Origin: an uncultured Armatimonadetes bacterium
GTDB taxonomy: Bacteria > Armatimonadota > UBA5829 > DTJY01
Length of the DNA stretch: 64,000 bases
NCBI GenBank assembly: GCA_963717145.1
Contig: OY970325.1
Location: forward strand, 4,736,001-4,800,000
Direction: 5' to 3'
Positions 56,196 to 64,000 of the stretch are shown in pieces. The notes under the pieces were generated by a model. It saw only the letters and a program-made list of their open reading frames with translations. It was not told the origin of the DNA and searched no databases. Within the stretch, counting starts at the first letter, position 1; each line of letters begins with the position of its first letter. The position numbers and the translations under genes are program-made.

Positions 56196-57647
56196 ATGGG
56201 TAAAGACGCCCGAAGCGTTCTGAAGAACTCGGTAGCCAGCATTGCGGGGCAGATGGTCACCCTCCTCGTCGGCATCGTATCGAGCGTCTACGTCGCGCGG
56301 ACCCTCGGGAAAGATCAGTTCGGCATGCTCAGTTGGGCGCTGGGACTCGTCATGATCGTCCGGGCCATCGCGACGATCGGACTGGACAATGTCATCACGC
56401 GTGACGCTGCGCAGAATCGGGAGAAAGCTCCGGAATATCTGCTCAGTTCGTTTGTCCTGAAGCTGTTCTCTGCCAGCCTGTGCTACGCGGGCATAGTCGT
56501 ATACCTGCGGATGAGAGGCTATGGGGGACTGCAGATCGCAGTAGGGTACATTCTGTGCTCGATGGTTCTATTCGAGACGCTGGATTCCAGTTGCAGAGCT
56601 GTGTTGATCGGGATCGAGCGGCAGGACGTGTCCGTCGGAGTGGCGGTGGTGACCAATATAGTGAGAGTCGCCGCCGTCGTCATCCTGATCTACCTGGGCT
56701 ACAACGTGATCGCCGTAGCCTGGGTCACCATAGGTGCGGCGGTTGTGACACTTATCCTGCACTTCGTGGCCATTCACCGGCTGCTGGGCGGTGTGTGGCG
56801 GCCCAGTGTGTCGGCTATGAAGCACATGTTGCTCGTCGGCTCCACGTTCTTCGCATCCTATTTCTTCGACAAGGTCTTCGACCGCGCTGACTATGTCATG
56901 CTCGACTGGTTCAAGGGTGTCGGCGAGGTGGGCGTTTACTCGGCGGCATATCGCATAATGGACGTTGTGACGATGGTCGCCTGGAGTAGTAGTGTTGCTC
57001 TGTACCCGATAATGTCCAGAAGGGCGCAGGGTTCCAAGGACGCCTATGCGCGTGCCATCGAGAGGTCCACGAAGTATCTGACCATGCTCGGCATCCCCCT
57101 GTGCTTCGGCATATTCTTGCTGAGCCATCCTCTCATGGTCCTGCTATACTCCAGCAAGTTCGCCATCTCCGGATCGTGTCTGGCCATTCTGATCTGGGGC
57201 AGGGTGCTGTCTTTTGTCATTTTCCCGGGTCTGCAGGCCGTCCAGTCGAGGAATGCCCAGCTCTGGCTTGTACCACCTGCGGTGATCAGGGTGTTGATCA
57301 ACTTGGCCATGAATCTGTACCTGATCCCCAGGTACGGTTGCATCGGGGCCAGTATCGCCATGCTTGTTACGGAAAACGTGTATTTCATCCTGCTGTACGT
57401 GATTGCCTTCAGGGGACCTGAGCGCTTCAACTGGATTGCCCTGCTGACTCGTCCGGTATTGGCCGGATTGGTGATGGCAGGGGTGGTGCTCTTGGTGCGT
57501 CCCCTTGGCATCGTGGTGGCCACCGCAGCAGGAATGATCGCATATGTGCTGGCACTGCCAGCTTTGGGCGCCATAGACTCGGATGATAGAAGACTACTGG
57601 CTGGTCTGGTTAGCGACTTCCGGAACCGACGCCAGAAGGCGGCTTGA
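56196..57647 (+). CDS. Wzx-type flippase
   Basis: VARTLG..QFG, D.VML, VGVYSAAYRI, NLYLIPRYG.IGA; about 14 TMs. Confidence 0.92.
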   Translation: MGKDARSVLKNSVASIAGQMVTLLVGIVSSVYVARTLGKDQFGMLSWALGLVMIVRAIATIGLDNVITRDAAQNREKAPEYLLSSFVLKLFSASLCYAGIVVYLRMRGYGGLQIAVGYILCSMVLFETLDSSCRAVLIGIERQDVSVGVAVVTNIVRVAAVVILIYLGYNVIAVAWVTIGAAVVTLILHFVAIHRLLGGVWRPSVSAMKHMLLVGSTFFASYFFDKVFDRADYVMLDWFKGVGEVGVYSAAYRIMDVVTMVAWSSSVALYPIMSRRAQGSKDAYARAIERSTKYLTMLGIPLCFGIFLLSHPLMVLLYSSKFAISGSCLAILIWGRVLSFVIFPGLQAVQSRNAQLWLVPPAVIRVLINLAMNLYLIPRYGCIGASIAMLVTENVYFILLYVIAFRGPERFNWIALLTRPVLAGLVMAGVVLLVRPLGIVVATAAGMIAYVLALPALGAIDSDDRRLLAGLVSDFRNRRQKAA

Positions 57648-57725
57648 GAAGCCATGTGGTACACGGGCGAGCGCAACCGTCACGGCGGTTGCCGAATTCT
57701 AACACACCAAGATGGAGGCTGAATT

Positions 57726-58490
57726 GTGGATCTAGTCAAACGAGGGTTACTGCGAGTTCTGATTGCTTTGAGAGTCTACCCAAGTAGGTATTTCTTGCCG
57801 TCACCCAGAAAAGCTCACGAGTTCACTGAACTTCTGCGGGGAGTGAAGTTCTCCGGAAATGAGTCCGTCCTGGACTTCGGCTGCGGGGCTGGTTTACAGG
57901 CCTTTCTTATTGGAACAAAATGCGCTAGCATTCTTGGTCTGGACCTATCCGACAACCTGACAACGAGGGCAAAGCCAAAGTCGGAACTCCTGAGAGGACG
58001 GATCAACAGCAAGTTTCATCATGGACTGATCGAGGAGGCGGGGCTCGAAGATGAGTCGTTCGACAAGGTCTTCAGCTTTTGTGTGATCGAACATGTGCCG
58101 AACTACGAGGAGGTGCTCCGTTGCATCTACCGCATAATGAAAAAGGGTGGCGAGTTCATATTCGACGTCGATTCTCTGGAGAGCATCGATGATCCGAAGC
58201 TCATCGAGAAACACAGAGTTGACTGCTATATCGAGAGGTATTTCCGAGAGGACGACCTCAGGGAACTACTCGAGCGAGTCGGGTTTACCGATATTCGGAT
58301 TAGCCCGCTATTAAGAAGCGACTATGCCAAGCAGGTATTCATCGAGGGGCTTGTCGAGGGGAGATTTGCCTCTGGATTTGTCAAGACGTTCTTTGGATAC
58401 ATCCGCCTGAAGCGCGAGGAGAACCGCAGCAGATCCAAGACAAAGGGCTTATTCCTCATGGCAAAGTGTCGGAAGCCTGCGGTGGGTTAG
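57726..58490 (+). CDS. Class I SAM-dependent methyltransferase
   Basis: VLDFGCGAG, DESFD.VFS..VIEHV, MKKGG. Confidence 0.9.
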   Translation: MDLVKRGLLRVLIALRVYPSRYFLPSPRKAHEFTELLRGVKFSGNESVLDFGCGAGLQAFLIGTKCASILGLDLSDNLTTRAKPKSELLRGRINSKFHHGLIEEAGLEDESFDKVFSFCVIEHVPNYEEVLRCIYRIMKKGGEFIFDVDSLESIDDPKLIEKHRVDCYIERYFREDDLRELLERVGFTDIRISPLLRSDYAKQVFIEGLVEGRFASGFVKTFFGYIRLKREENRSRSKTKGLFLMAKCRKPAVG

Positions 58491-58532
58491 ATGTTCGGCT
58501 GTCGTGAACATGCAAGATAAGGAGGTTGTCAA

Positions 58533-59682
58533 GTGAGATCTGAGAGTGAAGATGCGAGTAGGCTGAAGATAACGCATGGCGCTTACTGGTTTGCTACAGC
58601 TACCCTTCATCTGGCGAATGAGCAAGTCAAGCGCCATGATGTCATGGTGATCACGACACGCAGGGCGGTGGAGTGGATAGTCGAAGACGGTTGGCGAGAA
58701 CTCTATGATCCGCGCGTTCGCCTCAGGGTCGAGCGAGACAGGGCGCGCAGAGATCCACTGTACTACACGGATCGGATCATCGGTTTCTGGAAAGGCGTGC
58801 ATCAGTTCAAACCTGACGTGCTCCACATCCAACAGCCTTCCGACCACTTCCTGAACCATCTGTTCGTCCGATTGGACCGTCTTCCCATAGTCCTCACGGT
58901 GCACGATCCTGCACCCCACCTGGGTGACAAGATACTGGATTTCCGTCGGAAGGAGCCCTTGACCCGGGAACTCCAGCGGCGGGCTGACTGGATCATCGTC
59001 CACGGCCAGGGAGTCAAGGACCAGCTTCTGGAGGTCAATCCCGATCTGGATCCGGAGCGAATCTCGGTCGTACTGCTTGGAGCATGGCAGTACGTGCTGA
59101 CATGGAAGAAGCCGGAGTACCGGGAGCGTCCGAAGTCCGTTCTCTTCTTTGGACGGATCAACGCCTACAAGGGGCTCTGGGGTTCTTCTCGATGCCTGGG
59201 AGCATGTTCGCCGAGCTTCACCGGAGGCGCGGCTCGTCGTCGCCGGCACGGGATACGACTTGCCGAATCATCGAGACAGGATACTGGCGGATCCGAGCTG
59301 TGAGTTGGTCGACAGAGTTGTGTCAACACCGGAGATGTCCCGATTATTCGCGGAGGCAAGCATCGTTGTCATGCCGTATATCGAGGGCACGCAGAGCGGT
59401 CCACTGTCCGTATCCGTGGCGTTCGGAAAGCCGGTCGTGGTGACAAATGTTGGCGGCCTCCCGGAAATGGTGGACGAGAATCGGAGTGGACTCATCGTAC
59501 CGCCAAAGGATCCGGAAGCTTTGGCCGATGCGATCGTCCGATTGCTGGAGGACGAGCCGCTTCGGCAGAAGCTGGCACAGGGGGCGACGGAGCTAAGCCA
59601 GGGCAGGTTGAGCCCGGCTGTTCTGGCGGTGGAGACGGAAGACGTCTACCGCCGGGCAATCGATTTCCATAAGAGTAAGTAG
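58533..59682 (+). pseudogene. GT4 glycosyltransferase split by a +1 frameshift near 59178
   Basis: Frame 1 ends ...FFGRINAYKGL; next frame continues GVLLDAW...MPYIEGTQSG...GKPVVVTNVGGLPE. Removing T59178 joins them. Confidence 0.8.
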
Positions 59683-59687
59683 AGCTT

Positions 59688-60847
59688 GTGACTGACAAAG
59701 ACACTATGAGTGAAGCCAAACCGCGAGTCTGTCTAGTCTCGACATCTCAGATACTCAGCAATCTGATGTTGGACCAGAGCTATAAGTACGTTGGCGGCGC
59801 CGAGGTGCAGCAGACTCTCATCGTGCAGATGCTCAAGGACATCGGCTGCGAGGTCAGCGTTCTGGTTCACGATCTTGGTCAGCCGGATGAGGTGGTTACC
59901 GAGGAGGGGGTGCGTCTCATCAAGGCATACAGAGCGCGCAGGCGGCTGAGCGATCTGGTTCTCTTCTGGCGACATCCGCTCTGGAAAGCAATGAAGCGGG
60001 CCGACGCCGATCTGTTCTACCAGCGCGCTACCGGTACTATGACGGGTATCCTCTGTATCCTGTGCAAGCTGTTGGGCAAGCCCTTTGCTCATGCCACATC
60101 CATTGACCTGGATCTGGACGGCACCAAGGAAGCGGGGCTGAATCCTGTCAAGCGCGTGGTGTACAGATATGGTATCCGCAACGCCACCGCTGTAGTCGTA
60201 CAGACGGATAAGCAAGACTCGGACCTGCGGAAGCGATTCGGCAGAGAAGGGTTCATCGTACGGAATACATTCGTGTGCCCGCCGAGAGTTCGGATCGCGA
60301 GCGGCGATCCGTCATCTGGGTGGGCAGCTTCCGCGATCACAAGCGTCCGGAATGGTTCGTGGAGCTTGCCAGGAGCTTGCCCGAACAGGAGTTCCTGATG
60401 GTTGGCGGCCCGTTCTATAGCCATCCGGAGTTGTTCGAGGAGATCAAGAGGCGGGCCGATGAGATCCCGAACTTGAAGTTGACCGGCATGGTGCCTTTCA
60501 AAGAGGTCGGGGAGTACTTCCGAAAGGCCAGGCTGCTGGTGTGTACGTCGATCATGGAAGGTTTTCCAAACACGTTTCTGCAAGCCTGGAGTCTCGGCGT
60601 ACCGGTTGTATCTACCTTCGACCCGGATGGGACTATCGAGAAGTACGGGATCGGGCGGCATTGCACCACCTTATGTGATATGATAGAGGCGGTCCGTGAT
60701 CTGCTCTCCTGCGGCAGCTCGTACGAAGAGACCAGCGGGCGCTCGATGGAGTACGTCAAGCAGAACCACAGCCCAGAGGTCGTCAGCGCTCGCTATCGCG
60801 AGTTGATCGAGCGCCTGACGTACAGCGCGAGTGATGCGAATGCATAG
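59688..60847 (+). pseudogene. GT4 glycosyltransferase split by a frameshift near 60273
   Basis: Frame 1 GGAEVQ...IVRNTF; second frame VIWVGSFRDHKRPE...EGFPNTFLQAW; junction near TTCGTGTGCCC. Confidence 0.8.
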
Positions 60848-60879
60848 TGTCAAAGATTGCCTGGAAGGAGTCGATTGGT

Positions 60880-61623
60880 ATGGAGCGTAGCTCACTGGTC
60901 AGCAGATACTTCGATGTGGTGCGGGAACTCGGTCTTTATTCCTCTTCGGACAGGTTGAGGGTGTATGTCGCCCATGTGTTTCAGGACGCCGATCTCAACG
61001 GCGTGGCCATGCTGGATATCGGCTGTGGAGTGGGCCTGGTCAGTATCTACGCAGCATGTGCCGGGGCTCGCAAGGTCGTCAGCCTGGAACCCGAGGCCGC
61101 AGGCTCCACCGCGGGCGTGACGAGCAAGTATCAGAAGCTGGCCGACAGCCTGAACCTCGAGAACGCGACCCTGCATGGTGTCACTTTCCAGGAATTCGAT
61201 CCAGGTGACGAAAAGTTCGACGTGATCCTCCTCGATGATTCCGTCAACCACCTGGATGAGGAGGCCTGCATCAACCTGCAGCACGACCAGGCGGCCATCG
61301 AGAGTTACGCCGAGATCTTTCGCAAGATACATGCTTTGGCGGCGGATGGCGCCAAACTGATTATCACTGACGCATCGAGGTATAACTTCTTCGCGATGCT
61401 CGGCCTCAGGAATCCGCTGGCTCCGACTATTGACTGGAGTGTGCACCAATCACCGACGTACTGGGTGAAGCTGCTGTCGGACGCCGGGTTCTCCAGGCCG
61501 ATTATCCGGTGGAGATCGTTCAACCGATTAGGCCGGATCGGCAGTCTGCTGCTTGGAAACAAGGCTGCGGCTTTCTTCCTCCGGAGCCGCTTCTGCCTGA
61601 CCATGGAGAAGAAGGCAGACTGA
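60880..61623 (+). CDS. Class I SAM-dependent methyltransferase
   Basis: MLDIGCGVG, VVSLEPE, KFDVILL. Alternative GTG start at 60847. Confidence 0.85.
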   Translation: MERSSLVSRYFDVVRELGLYSSSDRLRVYVAHVFQDADLNGVAMLDIGCGVGLVSIYAACAGARKVVSLEPEAAGSTAGVTSKYQKLADSLNLENATLHGVTFQEFDPGDEKFDVILLDDSVNHLDEEACINLQHDQAAIESYAEIFRKIHALAADGAKLIITDASRYNFFAMLGLRNPLAPTIDWSVHQSPTYWVKLLSDAGFSRPIIRWRSFNRLGRIGSLLLGNKAAAFFLRSRFCLTMEKKAD

Positions 61624-61682
61624 AGAGATACAACGGATGATCTGTGCCAGTCCCAAAGAATGAGCTATATTAGGACGACCGA

Positions 61683-62744
61683 ATGCCTTCTAAGATATGT
61701 CTATATGTATTGCAGCTGGAGCCTCCGTATGACGAGGGCTTCAAGAATTTCACCTACAACCTTTTGAGGGAAGCTGCCTCCAAGCGCAAAGCCCTGCGTC
61801 TGGGTCACGGCGACCCGGAGGTCATCGACGTCCAGATCGGTGTCAACCGATTGGGTGTCAACAGGGCTCTGCGCGATGCTTTGCGCGGCTATAGACCTGA
61901 GGCGATAGTATACATTCCGGCCGGGCCCGTGACTCTGATGAACTTCATCCGGGCCAAGATGCTCAGGTGGTATGCAGGGGATGCACCCTTGGCCATGATC
62001 TGCCTGCAGCCGCCTCGAAGCTCAAGGTTGCTGCTCCGGATGCTCCGGACGATCGCGCCCAACGTGATCTATGCGCAGTCAGAGTCCGGAAGGAAGGTTC
62101 TGCAGGAAGTCGGCTACAACGCTCGGATCATACGCAGTGGCGCCGACTCGAATCGATTCCGTCCGGCCGATCCGGATGAGAAAGCTCGACTTCGAGCGGA
62201 GTATGGGATCGATCCATCAGCCTACGTCGTGCTTCACGTCGGCCACATAAACGAGGGTCGAAACCTGCGCATGCTCGGCGAAGTAGCCTCCGTGCCAAAT
62301 GCTTGCCCGGTGCTGGTGGGCAGTACGAGTACCGCTCAGGATGCGAGTCTGGCGACATGGCTGAAAGGGAAGGGCGTCAGGATACTCGATAGCTTCATCG
62401 AGCGGATCGAGGACGTGTATCGGCTAGCGGATCTCTACCTGTTCCCTGTCATTGACCACGGCCATGCGGTGGAAATCCCGCTCTCCGTGCTGGAGGCGAT
62501 GGCCTGCAACCTCCCGGTGGTGACGACTCGGTTCGGTGGGCTGCCGGAGTGCTTCCAGGAGGGAGATGGTCTGTACTTCGCAAACTCATCCGCTGAGATG
62601 TTGGAGAAGATCGAGACCGCAAAGGAAGCCGGTATGGCGCATACCAGGCCGAAGATGGCCGACTACACCTGGAGCGCAGTAGCCGAGGAGTTCTTTGCGG
62701 AGGTGGACGAGCTGGCTGAAAGAGGACGTAACCGTCAGTCGTGA
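61683..62744 (+). CDS. GT4 glycosyltransferase
   Basis: VLHVGH, ADLYLFP, PLSVLEAMACNLPVVTT.FGGL. Confidence 0.9.
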   Translation: MPSKICLYVLQLEPPYDEGFKNFTYNLLREAASKRKALRLGHGDPEVIDVQIGVNRLGVNRALRDALRGYRPEAIVYIPAGPVTLMNFIRAKMLRWYAGDAPLAMICLQPPRSSRLLLRMLRTIAPNVIYAQSESGRKVLQEVGYNARIIRSGADSNRFRPADPDEKARLRAEYGIDPSAYVVLHVGHINEGRNLRMLGEVASVPNACPVLVGSTSTAQDASLATWLKGKGVRILDSFIERIEDVYRLADLYLFPVIDHGHAVEIPLSVLEAMACNLPVVTTRFGGLPECFQEGDGLYFANSSAEMLEKIETAKEAGMAHTRPKMADYTWSAVAEEFFAEVDELAERGRNRQS

Positions 62745-62791
62745 CGGAAACAATCATAGCGATCGTTTCTCGTGAAGACAAGGAATAGAGG

Positions 62792-63502
62792 ATGATTTCG
62801 AAGTCCGGCAGTACGGCAAAAGGGATGTTCATCTGTTTCACAGGCATTGACGGTTCAGGCAAGACTCTCCAGGCAGAGCGTCTGGTCGAGAACCTGAAGG
62901 CCCGAGGGATTCCGTGTACCTACACCTGGTGCAGGTATGCCCCGCACGTTCTGAGGCTGCTCAACCAGTTGGCGAAACTCCTGATCGGCCGCAGGAAGGG
63001 GGGATCGGAATACGCCGGGTATACGTCTTCAAAGAAGGGCATTTTCCGGAAGCCCGTGATTGGATGGATCTGGCTGAATATCAGCCTGTTGGAGTACCTG
63101 ATGCAGGCCGGGTCGTGTATCAAAAAGTTGAGGAGAGGAGGCGCGACGCTGGTGTGTGACAGGTATCTCTATGATATGATCGCAGATGTGGCTGTCAACT
63201 TCGATCACCAGGACGACGAGCTTCTCCGTCTAATGCGTCATCCGCTGGTGCGTCGCTTTCCCAAGCCGGACATAGTCTTCTTGCTCGATGTGCCGCCCGA
63301 TGTAGCCTGGGCGCGCAAGATGGATCCCGTCCTCAAGGGCCAGCAGTATGTGGAGGATCGGGCGAAGGTGTACTCGATCCTGTGCGACAATCTGGGCTTT
63401 GCTCGGATAGACGGCACCAGGACCATAGAGGAGATCGCGGACACTGTTCTGGAACACTGCGCCAAGTACTTTCAAGGCGATGCTAGCGAGGCCAAAAGTT
63501 GA
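62792..63502 (+). CDS. Thymidylate kinase-like P-loop kinase
   Basis: FICFTGIDGSGKT, VCDRYLYD, PKPDIVFLLDV.P.VA..RK, IDGT. Confidence 0.85.
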   Translation: MISKSGSTAKGMFICFTGIDGSGKTLQAERLVENLKARGIPCTYTWCRYAPHVLRLLNQLAKLLIGRRKGGSEYAGYTSSKKGIFRKPVIGWIWLNISLLEYLMQAGSCIKKLRRGGATLVCDRYLYDMIADVAVNFDHQDDELLRLMRHPLVRRFPKPDIVFLLDVPPDVAWARKMDPVLKGQQYVEDRAKVYSILCDNLGFARIDGTRTIEEIADTVLEHCAKYFQGDASEAKS

Positions 63503-64000
63503 GCCGTGTAGTAGTCTTAGGGATGGATGGACTGGATCCTGACCTCCTCGAAAGATGGTCGGAGGAGATGCCCAATTTCCGCCGTCTGTTGGAAGAAGGA
63601 TGGTATCGGAGGGTCGATTCGGTGTTCCCGCCGGATTCCATCCCTGCGTGGGCATCTATCTACACGGGTGCGACGCCTGACCACCATGGCATACTCGATT
63701 CCGTGGATTACCTGGATGCGAGCAAGCAGGTGATGAAGTGCGATACCTCCGGCCTTCAGGGGAACTGCTTCTGGGATGCGGCCAGCCGAGGTGGAAAGCG
63801 GGTCTGCGTCGTCAACCCGTTCATGGCATACCCGGTCTGGCCGGTGAACGGCATCATGGTCAACGGTCCGGTGTTCGTCACCGGGGAGATTCAGGCCTAT
63901 CCCGAGTGCTTGCTCGCAGAATACGATGTGCCGGAACTCGGCGGAATGGTGGATCAGCCGACGAAGAAGACCCTCGGACCGTTTGCGGAGAGAGCCAGGA
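63499..64000 (+). CDS. Alkaline phosphatase superfamily / type I phosphodiesterase, 5' part (runs off the window)
   Basis: Manual translation from TTG 63499 (TTGA overlap): MSRVVVLGMDGLDP...SVFPPDSIPAWASIYTG..P..HGI...FWD...VNPFMAYPVWPVNGIMV; open to the window end. Confidence 0.85.
   Translation, partial: MSRVVVLGMDGLDPDLLERWSEEMPNFRRLLEEGWYRRVDSVFPPDSIPAWASIYTGATPDHHGILDSVDYLDASKQVMKCDTSGLQGNCFWDAASRGGKRVCVVNPFMAYPVWPVNGIMVNGPVFVTGEIQAYPECLLAEYDVPELGGMVDQPTKKTLGPFAERAR

Overview
GC-rich bacterial chromosomal window, probably from a diderm Terrabacteria lineage such as Armatimonadota (an inference from gene content and the SecA insertions, not verified). In order it contains: lnt 3' end, a cyclase and an archaemetzincin; a minus-strand type IV filament operon (pilM-N-O-P-like, short secretin, PilB/GspE, PilC/GspF, GspG-like major pilin, three minor pilins) ending in a GAF/HD-GYP gene; CvpA-CAP, TolC and an M28 peptidase; secA-prfB (programmed +1 frameshift) with four small coupled toxin-antitoxin genes between them; a DDE integrase-type IS; an AadS-like adenylyltransferase; carbohydrate genes; a MacAB/FtsX-type exporter; a Btu/Fec-like importer; lysA, site-2 protease, scpA, [GxxExxY], scpB, dac and rluB; a complete IS481; and the start of a Wzy-dependent, exosortase-linked EPS locus with two frameshifted glycosyltransferases. 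The most striking feature is about a dozen different short palindromic or periodic repeat families at gene junctions. Some supply stop codons, some lie in frame inside proteins (gluconolactonase, ABC permease, secretin and ScpA tails), and one type brackets a GxxExxY nuclease-like gene with an apparently empty related copy nearby. No rRNA, tRNA or CRISPR array was seen.
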